Assembly (NCBI RefSeq): GCF_037269235.1
Contig: NZ_CP147535.1
Length of the DNA stretch: 40,000 nucleotides
Strand: one strand, 5' to 3'
From: Escherichia coli
GTDB taxonomy: Bacteria > Pseudomonadota > Gammaproteobacteria > Enterobacterales > Enterobacteriaceae
The position numbers and the translations under genes are program-made. Of this stretch, positions 10,020 to 20,946 are shown piece by piece (the first letter of the stretch is position 1; the number at the start of each line of letters is the position of its first letter). The notes beneath the pieces are model-generated. The model did no database searches and was not told where the DNA came from. It saw nothing but the letters and a program-made list of their open reading frames with translations.

Positions 10020-10769
10020 ATGATTGAAGAAGGGCTGTTACTTCCAATGAATGTTTTGCTTCAAGGACAGAAGTTAACCCTACTGGACCCTGAAATGTGG
10101 TTCTTACGGGGAAATGAAAACAAGGATGTAACCCTTGTTATTACGATCGGTAATAACCATCAAAAATTAATGGTAGTGGAAGATATATTACTGCTCATTG
10201 ACCGAAGCCAAATTGAGGTAACTGCAGGGAAAGTAATTTATCATCCACTTCGCATTGATATCCTGAGTAAATTATTAGCTTTTATAGATGAATCAACGGG
10301 GAGTGTGGAAAGGGAGCACCATGAGTTGTTTGCTGATGCCTTGCCCTTTGCATCAGAAGTTGTGCTATTCAGTAAAGTTGCAAGTGAAGCCTGGTTTTTA
10401 GCCACTTATCTGAGCAGCGATAATATTAATGAAATTCTGTTTCAGCATCTAAGAAAAACAGAATGCTATAAACTGGTTCGCTATTTATTATCGCAATCGC
10501 TCATACAGACTTCACTCTATGATCTTGGTGAGCTTTACGGCGTATCGTATTCACATTTTCGCCGTTTATGTAGTTATGCATTGGGTGGTAAAGTTAAAAC
10601 GGAATTATGTGGCTGGAGAGTTGCCAGAGCCGTGTTGGAAATCATTGAAGGAAACAGTGATATGACAACTATTGCGCATAAATATGGCTACTCATCCTCA
10701 TCACACTTTTCAGCCGAAGTAAAAAGCCGGTTAGGAAAAACACCGAGAGAACTATGTAAAAAGTTATGA
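10020..10769 (+). CDS. eivF: EivF, AraC-family regulator (InvF-like)
   Basis: 249 aa; C-terminal AraC HTH (TTIAHKYGYSSSSHFSAEVKSRLGKTPRELCKKL), first gene of the eiv operon, 4-nt ATGA overlap with eivG. Confidence 0.9.
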   Translation: MIEEGLLLPMNVLLQGQKLTLLDPEMWFLRGNENKDVTLVITIGNNHQKLMVVEDILLLIDRSQIEVTAGKVIYHPLRIDILSKLLAFIDESTGSVEREHHELFADALPFASEVVLFSKVASEAWFLATYLSSDNINEILFQHLRKTECYKLVRYLLSQSLIQTSLYDLGELYGVSYSHFRRLCSYALGGKVKTELCGWRVARAVLEIIEGNSDMTTIAHKYGYSSSSHFSAEVKSRLGKTPRELCKKL

Positions 10770-12469
10770 AAATAAAATTACGTATTACTATTATATTAAT
10801 TTCAGCCTTATGCATTTTTAATGGATTATTGACTCCTGGTGCATATGCCGCAACAGCGAATGGATACGTAGCAAATAAAGAAAATCTACGTAGTTTTTTT
10901 GAAACGGTTTCATCATATGCGGGTAAGCCTACAATAGTAAGTAAGCTTGCCATGAAGAAACAGATCAGCGGAAATTTTGATTTAACCGAACCCTATGCCT
11001 TGATTGAACGCCTGTCGGCGCAGATGGGACTTATTTGGTACGATGATGGCAAAGCTATTTATATCTATGACTCATCAGAGATGCGTAATGCGCTGATTAA
11101 TCTGAGAAAGGTATCGACGAATGAATTTAATAATTTCTTAAAAAAATCGGGTCTGTATAACTCTCGTTATGAAATTAAAGGGGGCGGCAATGGTACTTTC
11201 TATGTTTCAGGGCCACCGGTGTATGTTGACCTGGTCGTTAATGCTGCAAAATTGATGGAGCAAAACAGCGATGGCATTGAGATCGGTCGCAATAAAGTAG
11301 GAATAATTCATCTGGTCAACACATTCGTTAATGACCGGACTTATGAGTTACGTGGCGAAAAGATAGTTATTCCGGGCATGGCAAAAGTACTATCGACATT
11401 GTTAAATAATAACATTAAACAAAGCACAGGAGTGAACGTACTTTCCGAAATTTCAAGTCGTCAACAACTAAAAAACGTATCACGTATGCCTCCTTTTCCT
11501 GGTGCTGAAGAAGATGATGACCTACAAGTAGAGAAAATAATATCGACAGCTGGAGCGCCTGAGACTGACAATATACAAATTATTGCATATCCTGATACCA
11601 ACAGTTTACTTGTTAAAGGAACAGTATCTCAGGTTGATTTTATCGAGAAGTTAGTAGCTACGCTCGATATTCCAAAGCGTCACATTGAATTATCTTTATG
11701 GATAATAGATATTGATAAGACTGATCTAGAACAGTTAGGAGCTGACTGGTCGGGCACGATAAAAATTGGATCCAGCTTAAGTGCATCATTTAATAATTCA
11801 GGTTCAATTAGTACCCTGGATGGGACACAGTTTATTGCAACAATACAGGCACTTGCGCAAAAAAGAAGAGCCGCCGTTGTTGCTCGTCCAGTCGTTTTAA
11901 CACAAGAGAATATTCCTGCTATATTTGATAATAACCGCACTTTCTATACTAAATTAGTCGGCGAACGTACTGCGGAATTGGATGAAGTAACCTATGGTAC
12001 GATGATTAGCGTGCTACCACGATTTGCTGCGCGAAATCAAATTGAATTACTCCTGAATATTGAAGATGGCAATGAAATCAATTCCGACAAAACCAATGTT
12101 GATGATCTGCCTCAGGTTGGTAGAACGCTTATAAGTACTATTGCACGCGTACCCCAAGGGAAAAGTCTTTTGATTGGGGGATATACACGAGATACGAATA
12201 CCTATGAAAGTCGCAAGATCCCAATATTAGGCAGTATTCCATTTATTGGTAAATTATTTGGATATGAAGGAACAAATGCGAATAACATCGTTCGTGTCTT
12301 TCTTATTGAGCCAAGAGAGATCGATGAGCGCATGATGAATAATGCGAATGAGGCTGCGGTTGACGCCAGAGCAATAACACAGCAAATGGCAAAAAATAAA
12401 GAAATCAACGATGAATTACTGCAGAAATGGATAAAAACTTACCTGAATCGTGAAGTCGTCGGAGGATAG
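10766..12469 (+). CDS. eivG: EivG, T3SS outer-membrane secretin (InvG/SctC)
   Basis: 567 aa with signal peptide; secretin C-domain motifs (VPQGKSLLIGGYTRDTN...VPILGSIPFIG-like SRKIPILGSIPFIGKLFGYE). Confidence 0.95.
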   Translation: MKIKLRITIILISALCIFNGLLTPGAYAATANGYVANKENLRSFFETVSSYAGKPTIVSKLAMKKQISGNFDLTEPYALIERLSAQMGLIWYDDGKAIYIYDSSEMRNALINLRKVSTNEFNNFLKKSGLYNSRYEIKGGGNGTFYVSGPPVYVDLVVNAAKLMEQNSDGIEIGRNKVGIIHLVNTFVNDRTYELRGEKIVIPGMAKVLSTLLNNNIKQSTGVNVLSEISSRQQLKNVSRMPPFPGAEEDDDLQVEKIISTAGAPETDNIQIIAYPDTNSLLVKGTVSQVDFIEKLVATLDIPKRHIELSLWIIDIDKTDLEQLGADWSGTIKIGSSLSASFNNSGSISTLDGTQFIATIQALAQKRRAAVVARPVVLTQENIPAIFDNNRTFYTKLVGERTAELDEVTYGTMISVLPRFAARNQIELLLNIEDGNEINSDKTNVDDLPQVGRTLISTIARVPQGKSLLIGGYTRDTNTYESRKIPILGSIPFIGKLFGYEGTNANNIVRVFLIEPREIDERMMNNANEAAVDARAITQQMAKNKEINDELLQKWIKTYLNREVVGG

Positions 12470-12473
12470 TGAA

Positions 12474-13619
12474 ATGGCGATTCATGTAGAGCATGTCGGT
12501 GTATTAGAAAGAGCCAGAGAAGTTTCTCGCTTAGAGGACATTATCACAGAAGATAATGAAGATATTGAAGCTGAAATGCCTAAAATGGGGGATGATCCCG
12601 CCGGTAAAGAAGCTCGATTCTTACAAGCTACTGACGAGATGTCAGCAGCGTTAACGCAGTTTATGAAGAAAAAAATCTACGAAGAACAACTGGCCAACTT
12701 TCTGGACGGAGAAGAATATGTCCTGGAAGATCAGCCAATAGAAAAAACCGATAAAGTCATGGAGGCGCTTAAGGCAGCAACTACCCATGACTATGAAGTG
12801 TATAGCTTTGCTAAAAAATTATTTCCAGATGAAAGCGATCTGGTGGTTGTATTACGTGCAATTTTACGTAAAAAACAAATATCTGAAAATGTGCGGCTAA
12901 ACGCTGAAGCATTACTTAGAAAAGTTAATCAAGAGACTACTAAAAAATTCATTAATAGCGGTATTAACTCGGCATTAAAAGCAAAGTTATTTGGCCAGGC
13001 GTTGTCATTAAATCCAAAATTACTAAGGGCAAGTTATCGACAATTTTTAATGGCAGAAGACGATGCTGTAGATACTTATGTAGAATGGATTGGTAGTTAT
13101 GGCTATCAAAATAGAATGCTAGTGACAAAATTTATCAAAGAGACGCTTTTCTCAGATATAAATGCACTTGATGCGAGTTGTTCATCATTGGAATTTGGTA
13201 TGTTTCTCAATAAGTTGTCACAACTATTGTCTCTTCAGTCGGCAGAGGCTTTATTTCTGAAAACTTTAATGAATAACCCAATAATTAAAAAATTTATTAG
13301 CGCAGAAGATTACTGGATATTTTTTCTGATATCGTTAATAAAATTTCCTGAGACTGCAGAGGAACTCCTGAAAAATGCACTGGTAACCCTACCCGCAGAT
13401 GCTAATTATAAAGACAAAACGTTACTCCTGAAGGCGATTTACAGCGGATGTACAAATCTTCCATTTTCACTTTTTATTAATAATGAACAATTATTAGAGA
13501 TTAGGGAGTGTTGTAAACAGGCAATAAAAGTAACATTTGCAGTAGAGCTCTTTGATACACAAAATAGTAATAAAAAACAAAATAAAAAACCATGGAAGAA
13601 GGTAATGTTCAATGTTTAA
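12474..13619 (+). CDS. eivE: EivE, T3SS gatekeeper (InvE/SctW)
   Basis: 381 aa from ATG at 12474; position between SctC and SctV genes and domain organisation as in SPI-1 invE. Confidence 0.92.
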   Translation: MAIHVEHVGVLERAREVSRLEDIITEDNEDIEAEMPKMGDDPAGKEARFLQATDEMSAALTQFMKKKIYEEQLANFLDGEEYVLEDQPIEKTDKVMEALKAATTHDYEVYSFAKKLFPDESDLVVVLRAILRKKQISENVRLNAEALLRKVNQETTKKFINSGINSALKAKLFGQALSLNPKLLRASYRQFLMAEDDAVDTYVEWIGSYGYQNRMLVTKFIKETLFSDINALDASCSSLEFGMFLNKLSQLLSLQSAEALFLKTLMNNPIIKKFISAEDYWIFFLISLIKFPETAEELLKNALVTLPADANYKDKTLLLKAIYSGCTNLPFSLFINNEQLLEIRECCKQAIKVTFAVELFDTQNSNKKQNKKPWKKVMFNV

Positions 13620-15672
13620 CAAAGTTTTGATAGGGTTAAGGAGTCATCCAGAATTAATAATTCTTGGATTAATGGTGATGATTATCGCCATGCTCATAAT
13701 TCCATTGCCCACCTACTTAATCGATTTTTTGATTGGGCTGAACTTAACATTGGCAATACTTGTATTTTTAGGATCATTCTATGTTGATAGGATCTTAAGT
13801 TTTTCTTCATTCCCATCAATTCTTCTCATCACAACGTTATTTCGTTTGGCGCTGGCGATCAGTACCAGCCGACTTATACTTCTTGAGGCGGACGCCGGAG
13901 AAATTATAACGAGTTTTGGTGAATTCGTTATTGGCGATAGCCTGGTAGTTGGTTTTGTTATTTTCTCCATTGTTACTATTGTTCAGTTTATCGTGATTAC
14001 TAAAGGTTCGGAACGTGTGGCTGAAGTTGCTGCCCGCTTTTCGCTTGACGGTATGCCAGGTAAACAAATGAGTATTGACGCCGATCTACGCGCCGGGATC
14101 ATTGATGCAGATTTAGCAAAAGAACGTCGTAGCGTATTAGAACGAGAGAGTCAGCTGTATGGTTCCTTTGATGGTGCGATGAAATTTATCAAAGGTGATG
14201 CTATTGCAAACATTATTATTATCTTTGTTAATATTATCGGTGGGCTATCAGTAGGAGTAGGCCAAAATGGAATGGATTTCTCGACAGCGTTGACCGTCTA
14301 CACAATTCTTACCGTCGGTGATGGTCTTGTTTCTCAAATTCCAGCTTTATTAATTGCTATTAGCGCAGGGTTTATCGTAACGCGCGTGAATGGCGATAGT
14401 GATAATATGGGGCAAAATATAATGTCCCAGTTATTAAGTAATTCTTTTGTCATTATTGTGACATGTGTCCTCGCGCTAAGCATTGGGTTGCTTCCAGGTT
14501 TTCCCCTTCTTGTGTTTTTATGTTTGGCAGTAATCTTAGGAATTTATTTTTACTTTAAATTCAAAAAAAAAGGGGCTGAAGAAACGGTTGTTGAGGGAGA
14601 TATCACCGTTGGGTTGGAACCCTATAATCAGGATGATGATATTTCATTAGGTATTATTAATAAACTTGATCAGGTTATTACCGAAACGGTGCCCTTGGTT
14701 TTGATTATGAATAGTGTACAGGCTAAAAAATACACTGAAATCAATCTTGCTGATAGGATTCGTAGTCAGTTTTTTATTGAGTATGGTATCCGTATTCCCG
14801 GTATTGTCATTCGCGAGGGGGAAGGCCTTAATGATGAAGATGTCATATTAATGCTAAATGAAGTCAGAGCCTCGCAATTTAAAATTTATCATGATCTCGT
14901 CTTGTTGGTTGAATATTCAGATGAAGTGGTTTCGACTTTGATCAAGAAACCTGTCATCGTAAATAGTAATGGTGAACAATATTATTGGGTTACAAAAAGT
15001 GATGCCCAAAAATTAACAAAAATTGGCTGTTATACTCGCACGGCCATGGATGAAATGTACAATCATTTATCTGTATGTCTGGCGCATAATATTAATGAGT
15101 ATTTTGGTATACAAGAAACCAAATATATTCTTGATCAATTAGAGATGAAGTATCCTGATCTATTAAAAGAAATATTAAGATATATAACCGTGCAGCGCAT
15201 TTCAGAGGTAATTCAGCGTCTGATCCAGGAGCGAATTTCAGTGCGCAATATGCGTTTAGTTATGGAGGCTTTAGCATTATGGAGCCCACGAGAGAAAGAT
15301 ATAATTACACTCGTCGAGCATGTACGAGGTGCATTAGGTCGCTACATTTGCCATAAGTTTTCATATTCTGGAGAAATTAAAGCAATTGTGATTTCGCCTG
15401 AAATAGAGGACAGAATCAGAGATGGTGTCAGGCCTACCGCTGGCGGTACTTTTCTTAATCTCGATGCATCCGAAGCTGAGATGATTCTGGATAATTTTAA
15501 ACTGGCTCTTTCTGGAATCAATATTCCTATTAAAGACATTATTTTACTGGGATCTGTGGATATTCGTCGTTTTATCAAAAAACTTATTGAATCTAGTTAT
15601 CGAGACCTCGAAGTACTTTCGTACGGGGAACTAACGGAAAATGTTCCCGTTAATATTCTGAAAACTATTTAG
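13612..15672 (+). CDS. eivA: EivA, T3SS export gate (InvA/SctV)
   Basis: 686 aa; multiple N-terminal TM segments, FHIPEP-family region ([28 protein letters not shown]). Confidence 0.96.
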   Translation: MFNKVLIGLRSHPELIILGLMVMIIAMLIIPLPTYLIDFLIGLNLTLAILVFLGSFYVDRILSFSSFPSILLITTLFRLALAISTSRLILLEADAGEIITSFGEFVIGDSLVVGFVIFSIVTIVQFIVITKGSERVAEVAARFSLDGMPGKQMSIDADLRAGIIDADLAKERRSVLERESQLYGSFDGAMKFIKGDAIANIIIIFVNIIGGLSVGVGQNGMDFSTALTVYTILTVGDGLVSQIPALLIAISAGFIVTRVNGDSDNMGQNIMSQLLSNSFVIIVTCVLALSIGLLPGFPLLVFLCLAVILGIYFYFKFKKKGAEETVVEGDITVGLEPYNQDDDISLGIINKLDQVITETVPLVLIMNSVQAKKYTEINLADRIRSQFFIEYGIRIPGIVIREGEGLNDEDVILMLNEVRASQFKIYHDLVLLVEYSDEVVSTLIKKPVIVNSNGEQYYWVTKSDAQKLTKIGCYTRTAMDEMYNHLSVCLAHNINEYFGIQETKYILDQLEMKYPDLLKEILRYITVQRISEVIQRLIQERISVRNMRLVMEALALWSPREKDIITLVEHVRGALGRYICHKFSYSGEIKAIVISPEIEDRIRDGVRPTAGGTFLNLDASEAEMILDNFKLALSGINIPIKDIILLGSVDIRRFIKKLIESSYRDLEVLSYGELTENVPVNILKTI

Positions 15673-15676
15673 GATA

Positions 15677-16996
15677 ATGTCTTGCGATATGGAGCATGCT
15701 GGTATGAAAAAATTAAAACTATTAAATAAATACAGCTACTTACATAGCATAAACGGCTCGCTGATTGAAGCAGAGCTTGACGACGTTTCAGTGGGCGAAG
15801 TATGCGAAATTTATGCGAGCTGGCAAGCAAATGAACGTATAGCCAGGGCTCAGGTCGTTGGCTTTCGCAATGGAAAGACATTATTAAACCTTATAGGCAG
15901 CTCTGTGGGGCTTACACGTACTGCAGTTTTGAAACCAACGGGAGAGCAGTTAACCATACAGATCAGTGATGCCTTTCTTGGTTCAGTTTTGAATGCTTCT
16001 GGTCAAATTATGGAAAGGTTTGTCCCGGACACTCCAGGCGAAAGGGGAAATTTACGCCTGATTGATGAACTGCCACCGTCGTATCAGGAACGTCGAGTTA
16101 TTAATACACCACTAGAGACACGGATAAGAGTCATTGATGGCGTACTGACATGTGGCATTGGTCAACGTGTTGGGATTTTCGCATCGGCTGGCTGTGGCAA
16201 AACGGTTTTAATGCATATGCTTGTAAACAACACTGAAGCTGATGTGTTTGTTATTGGCTTGATTGGCGAACGTGGAAGGGAAGTTACGGAATGCGCGGAA
16301 TCGCTGAAAAAATCAGTAAATGCAGCAAAATGTGTTTTGGTTTATGCCACCTCTGATTTTTCGTCAGTAGATCGGTGTAATGCCGCCCTGATGGCGACAA
16401 CCGTGGCAGAGTATTTTAGAGATCGAGGAAAGAGAGTTGTACTTTTTATCGACTCAATGACGCGGTATGCACGAGCACTACGTGATATGAAACTGGCAGC
16501 GGGTGAACCACCTGCCAGACGTGGTTATCCTGCTTCTGTTTTTGACAGTTTGCCTCGCTTACTGGAGAGGCCGGGACCAACACTAAAAGGAAGTATTACT
16601 GCCTTTTATACCGTATTACTGGAGGGGGAGGATGAATCAGACCCACTGGGGGATGAAATTCGCTCAATCCTTGATGGCCATATCTATCTAAGTCGCAAAC
16701 TCGCTGGGCAAGGTCATTATCCGGCAATAGATGTTCTAAAAAGTGTGAGTCGAGTATTTGGTCAGGTCACTGATGAAAAACACAGAGATAATGCTGCACG
16801 GGTAAGGAAGATCCTCACAACTTTGGAAGATCTACAGGTGTTTATTGATTTAGGGGAATATCGAGCTGGGCAAAATGCTGAAAATGATTTTGCTATGAAT
16901 GCACGGCCTAAACTCACAAATTGGTTGAAACAGTCAGTTAATGAAAAAATGCCAATGAGTGAAACGCTAAAAGAGCTTGAACGAATTGTTAAGTAA
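15677..16996 (+). CDS. eivC: EivC, T3SS ATPase (InvC/SctN)
   Basis: 439 aa; Walker [47 protein letters not shown]. Confidence 0.96.
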   Translation: MSCDMEHAGMKKLKLLNKYSYLHSINGSLIEAELDDVSVGEVCEIYASWQANERIARAQVVGFRNGKTLLNLIGSSVGLTRTAVLKPTGEQLTIQISDAFLGSVLNASGQIMERFVPDTPGERGNLRLIDELPPSYQERRVINTPLETRIRVIDGVLTCGIGQRVGIFASAGCGKTVLMHMLVNNTEADVFVIGLIGERGREVTECAESLKKSVNAAKCVLVYATSDFSSVDRCNAALMATTVAEYFRDRGKRVVLFIDSMTRYARALRDMKLAAGEPPARRGYPASVFDSLPRLLERPGPTLKGSITAFYTVLLEGEDESDPLGDEIRSILDGHIYLSRKLAGQGHYPAIDVLKSVSRVFGQVTDEKHRDNAARVRKILTTLEDLQVFIDLGEYRAGQNAENDFAMNARPKLTNWLKQSVNEKMPMSETLKELERIVK

Positions 16997-17444
16997 AGTT
17001 AATCGACTTATAAGAAGAACAGCGCAGAGCCTGGCTGCATGTGAAGCATCATTACAAAAGTTAAATGCAGAAAAAGAAAAGTTAGCCGAAAAGGAACGCC
17101 TGTATGATATGCAACTTAAAAACCTGCAGTCACTGTTAGATATGAAAGAGTTACTCGGCGAAGTTGTATTTCGACAGGATATATTTTACTCGTTACGTAA
17201 AGTTGCAGTCATTCAGCAGCAGATCGCTGAGATAAATCTTGAAAAGCAAAAAATAGCAGAGCGGCGAAAAATACTTAACAAGGAAATAGTTCAACAGCAA
17301 GCACAAAGAAAACACTGGTGGCTAAAAGGAGAAAAGTACGATCGACTAAAGAAGCGCATCAAAAAACAACTTTTAAATCAGATGCTTTATCAAGATGAGC
17401 TTGAACAGGAGGAAAAATATAATGGACGAAGTCAAGAAAATTGA
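16977..17444 (+). CDS. eivI: EivI, T3SS stalk protein (InvI/SctO)
   Basis: 155 aa coiled-coil-rich ORF overlapping the eivC 3' end. Confidence 0.88.
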   Translation: MNELLSKVNRLIRRTAQSLAACEASLQKLNAEKEKLAEKERLYDMQLKNLQSLLDMKELLGEVVFRQDIFYSLRKVAVIQQQIAEINLEKQKIAERRKILNKEIVQQQAQRKHWWLKGEKYDRLKKRIKKQLLNQMLYQDELEQEEKYNGRSQEN

Positions 17445-18297
17445 ACATTATAAAAATTTAAACACAGACACATCCGAGAATTCTGCTGCGGATTTAGACA
17501 GTTTCTTAAAGAAAAACAAAAAAAATAAAGAAATGAGTGAGATTGTTGCTGGATCCATTCTCCAGTTATTACGTCAGGCTCAGGATAGCCAATTCCCTAC
17601 GTTTGGGAAAAAGAATGGGCAAATGAAGTCTATTGATAACAAATCGTCTCTCCAGGTTGACAGGAATTCATCTTTTTCTTTGCAAACAAATGGAATAGAG
17701 CAACTTTCTACAAAGAAAGTCCTCAATATGACTTCACGATATCAGGGTGTTAATTCTGAACTATCTGATAAAGCGATACAATTTAAGGGGGAAATCCATA
17801 ATGGTATCCATACAGAAAACATCACGGTTCAAAACCACAGTAATAATAAAGAGCGTGAAAAAAAATATCGCGATGGAGACAAAAAAAATGGAGAGCAGGC
17901 CCATTTATTAGATATTACTAACGAAAGAAGGTTTGCTGATAACAAAATCATGTTTACTCAACATATCGAAAAGCAAAGGAATGTTCATACGCTCAATCAG
18001 AATGATATAAATAATTCTGTTAATAGTGCTAATGTACCCGAAAATGAATTGACATATCAGTTTCAGCGTTGGGGACAGAATCATACAGTTCGGATTCTGG
18101 AAAGTAGTGAAGGGATACGACTAAAACCATCAGACACGATTGTCTCCGACAGACTCCATGAAGCCCAACACAATGATGTTACAGCACAACGTTGGGTATT
18201 GACTGAGCAAGATGAACGACAAGGGCAACGACATCAGCCTCATGATGAGCAAGAAAATGAAGGTAAATTCGAAAACGATCAGAAGGACGAAAGTTAA
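17422..18297 (+). CDS. eivJ: EivJ, T3SS needle-length regulator (InvJ/SctP)
   Basis: Hydrophilic 291 aa product between SctO and SctQ genes; start chosen at ATG 17422 ([13 protein letters not shown]). Confidence 0.85.
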   Translation: MDEVKKIEHYKNLNTDTSENSAADLDSFLKKNKKNKEMSEIVAGSILQLLRQAQDSQFPTFGKKNGQMKSIDNKSSLQVDRNSSFSLQTNGIEQLSTKKVLNMTSRYQGVNSELSDKAIQFKGEIHNGIHTENITVQNHSNNKEREKKYRDGDKKNGEQAHLLDITNERRFADNKIMFTQHIEKQRNVHTLNQNDINNSVNSANVPENELTYQFQRWGQNHTVRILESSEGIRLKPSDTIVSDRLHEAQHNDVTAQRWVLTEQDERQGQRHQPHDEQENEGKFENDQKDES

Positions 18298-19244
18298 TGT
18301 TCGGTCTGAGAAAAGTAAATGGAAACACTCATTCCTTTGAAACCACTTTTCTAAACTGGAAAGAAAAGGGTGAAGATGTTGCGTTATTAATGCCCGAATT
18401 TAGCGCCAAATGGCTACCGATAGCAGAAGAGAGCGGCAGCTGGTCTGGATGGGTGTTACTTCGAGAGTTATTTCCCTTAATTTCTGCCGAGCTCGCTGGG
18501 ATGGCTTTAATGCCAGAAACGGAAAGGTTAATAGTGGAATGGCTCAGTTTATCTAGTACCCCGTTAAATCTAAAGTATCCTGAACTAAAATATAATCGTT
18601 TGTGTGTCGGTAAAGTATTTGATGGAGTATTGAGTCCAGCTCAACCACTAATAAGAATATGGACAGGGGAATTAAATGTTTGGTTAGATAAAGTCACGGT
18701 CTGCCAATACGAAAACGCTCCAACACTAGACAAAAAAACATTATATTGGCCCATTCATTTTGTAATTGGATTTAGTAAATCATGTTATAGAACCATTGTT
18801 GATATTGAAGTTGGTGATGTTTTATTAATTTCAGATAATTTTGCTTATGCGGTTATTTATAATACAAAGATTTGTGATCTGATTTATCCAGAGGAGTTAA
18901 AAATGGCTGATCATTTTGAGTACGAGGAAGATTTTGAAACAGATGACTTTGATATCAAAAAAAGCGAAATCGAGATTAATGATGAAAATGACTATCAGCA
19001 GATTAATAGTTTTGAAGACTTGCCTGTAAAAATTGAGTTTGTTCTTGGAAAGAAAATAATGAATCTATATGAAATAGACGATCTCTGTGCAAAAAGAATT
19101 ATACCTTTGCTTCCTGAAGCTGAGAAAAATATAGAGATACGTGTAAATGGCGCGCTAACTGGCTATGGCGAACTTGTTGAAGTGGATGATAAATTGGGCG
19201 TAGAAATTCATTCTTGGTTATCAGGGAATAATAATGTCAAATAG
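18297..19244 (+). CDS. epaO: EpaO, T3SS sorting-platform/C-ring protein (SpaO/SctQ)
   Basis: 315 aa; C-terminal SpoA/FliN-like domain (LPVKIEFVLGKKIMNLYEIDDL...GALTGYGELVEVDDKLGVEIHSW). Confidence 0.93.
   Translation: MFGLRKVNGNTHSFETTFLNWKEKGEDVALLMPEFSAKWLPIAEESGSWSGWVLLRELFPLISAELAGMALMPETERLIVEWLSLSSTPLNLKYPELKYNRLCVGKVFDGVLSPAQPLIRIWTGELNVWLDKVTVCQYENAPTLDKKTLYWPIHFVIGFSKSCYRTIVDIEVGDVLLISDNFAYAVIYNTKICDLIYPEELKMADHFEYEEDFETDDFDIKKSEIEINDENDYQQINSFEDLPVKIEFVLGKKIMNLYEIDDLCAKRIIPLLPEAEKNIEIRVNGALTGYGELVEVDDKLGVEIHSWLSGNNNVK
18903..19244 (+). CDS. Predicted internal translation product of epaO (SctQ-C-like, 113 aa)
   Basis: In-frame ATG at codon 203 of epaO preceded by AGGAG at 18892-18896 (AGAGGAGTTAAAAATGGCT); product covers exactly the C-terminal SpoA domain plus an acidic linker. 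Confidence 0.6.
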   Translation: MADHFEYEEDFETDDFDIKKSEIEINDENDYQQINSFEDLPVKIEFVLGKKIMNLYEIDDLCAKRIIPLLPEAEKNIEIRVNGALTGYGELVEVDDKLGVEIHSWLSGNNNVK

Positions 19245-19899
19245 CATTTCGCTGATAGCGATATTATCATTATTTACACTATTACCGTTTATAATAGCAT
19301 CCGGGACATGTTTTATTAAATTCTCGATTGTTTTTGTTATTGTACGAAACGCTTTGGGACTTCAGCAAGTGCCATCAAATATGACTCTTAATGGGGTGGC
19401 TTTGCTATTGTCAATGTTCGTAATGATGCCGGTTGGGAAGGAAATATATAATAACAGTCAGAATGAGAATCTTTCATTCAATAATGTAGCGTCGGTTGTT
19501 AATTTTGTTGAGACAGGCATGAGTGGTTATAAATCATATTTGATAAAATATTCTGAACCGGAGTTGGTTAGCTTTTTTGAAAAGATTCAGAAGGTGAATA
19601 GTTCTGAAGACAATGAAGAGATAATCGATGATGATAATATTTCAATTTTCTCGTTACTCCCGGCATATGCGTTGAGTGAGATAAAAAGTGCATTTATTAT
19701 AGGTTTCTATATCTATTTACCCTTTGTTGTAGTGGATCTGGTTATATCCAGCGTTCTGTTAACGTTAGGTATGATGATGATGAGTCCGGTAACCATATCT
19801 ACACCGATAAAATTAATTCTGTTTGTCGCGATGGACGGTTGGACAATGTTATCGAAAGGACTCATTTTACAATATTTTGATCTATCCATTAATCCCTGA
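19234..19899 (+). CDS. epaP: EpaP, T3SS export apparatus (SpaP/SctR)
   Basis: 221 aa; FliP-family sequence (FIKFSIVFVIVRNALGLQQVPSNMTLNG, LGMMMMSPVTISTPIKL). Confidence 0.96.
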   Translation: MSNSISLIAILSLFTLLPFIIASGTCFIKFSIVFVIVRNALGLQQVPSNMTLNGVALLLSMFVMMPVGKEIYNNSQNENLSFNNVASVVNFVETGMSGYKSYLIKYSEPELVSFFEKIQKVNSSEDNEEIIDDDNISIFSLLPAYALSEIKSAFIIGFYIYLPFVVVDLVISSVLLTLGMMMMSPVTISTPIKLILFVAMDGWTMLSKGLILQYFDLSINP

Positions 19900-19908
19900 G
19901 GAAAAAAT

Positions 19909-20169
19909 ATGGACGACATTGTTTTTGCGGGGAATAGGGCGCTGTATCTGATTTTAGTTATGTCTGCAGGACCTATTGCAGTTGCGACATTTGTTGGTTT
20001 ATTGGTAGGGCTTTTTCAAACGGTAACACAGTTGCAAGAACAGACGTTGCCATTTGGCGTCAAATTATTGTGCGTAAGTATTTGCTTTTTTTTAATGAGC
20101 GGATGGTACGGTGAAAAATTATACTCTTTTGGTATTGAAATGCTGAATTTAGCATTCGCGAGAGGATAG
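19909..20169 (+). CDS. epaQ: EpaQ, T3SS export apparatus (SpaQ/SctS)
   Basis: 86 aa; FliQ-family sequence ([35 protein letters not shown]). Confidence 0.95.
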   Translation: MDDIVFAGNRALYLILVMSAGPIAVATFVGLLVGLFQTVTQLQEQTLPFGVKLLCVSICFFLMSGWYGEKLYSFGIEMLNLAFARG

Positions 20170-20170
20170 C

Positions 20171-20938
20171 ATGGGGGAGGCGATACTCTATCAGTTGCAT
20201 AGTCTGCTGGCTGCTACAGCGCTCGGTTTTTGCCGATTGGCGCCAACTTTCTATTTGTTACCATTTTTCGCCAGTGGGAATATACCAACAGTAGTTCGTC
20301 ACCCAATAATAATAGTGGTATCATGTGCATTAGTTCAGCATTACCACTATGAATTATCGACCTTAAATGAAATAGATATCGCTTTGTTAGCTGCCAGAGA
20401 AATTATCATAGGGCTGTTTATTGCTTGCTTATTAGCATCCCCATTTTGGATTTTCCTTGCTATAGGCAGCTTTATCGATAACCAACGTGGTGCAACGTTA
20501 AGTAGTACTTTGGATCCGGCTACAGGTGTCGATACATCGGAATTAGCAAGATTATTTAACCTTTTCTCTGCAGCAGTTTATCTTACTAACGGTGGATTGA
20601 ACTTTATTCTGGAGACTCTATGGCAAAGTTATAACTTATGGCCTTCAGGAAATTTTAATTTTCCTAAATTAGAGCCTTTATTCTCATATATTAATAATAT
20701 AATGACTCATACTATCGTTTACGCAAGCCCCGTGATTGCGGTTATGCTGGGCGGTGAAGCTGTCCTGGGATTGCTGGCACGCTATGCTTCACAACTAAAT
20801 GCTTTTGCCATCTCACTGACTGTCAAAAGTGCACTGGCATTTTTAATATTAATTATTTATTTTGGCCCAATACTGGCTGAACGAGTTATGCCGTTATCCT
20901 TTTTCCCAGAACAATTGCAATTATACATTGATAAATAG
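20171..20938 (+). CDS. epaR: EpaR, T3SS export apparatus (SpaR/SctT)
   Basis: 255 aa; FliR-family multi-TM protein, gene order epaQ-epaR-epaS. Confidence 0.95.
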   Translation: MGEAILYQLHSLLAATALGFCRLAPTFYLLPFFASGNIPTVVRHPIIIVVSCALVQHYHYELSTLNEIDIALLAAREIIIGLFIACLLASPFWIFLAIGSFIDNQRGATLSSTLDPATGVDTSELARLFNLFSAAVYLTNGGLNFILETLWQSYNLWPSGNFNFPKLEPLFSYINNIMTHTIVYASPVIAVMLGGEAVLGLLARYASQLNAFAISLTVKSALAFLILIIYFGPILAERVMPLSFFPEQLQLYIDK

Positions 20939-20946
20939 AGTGTTTC

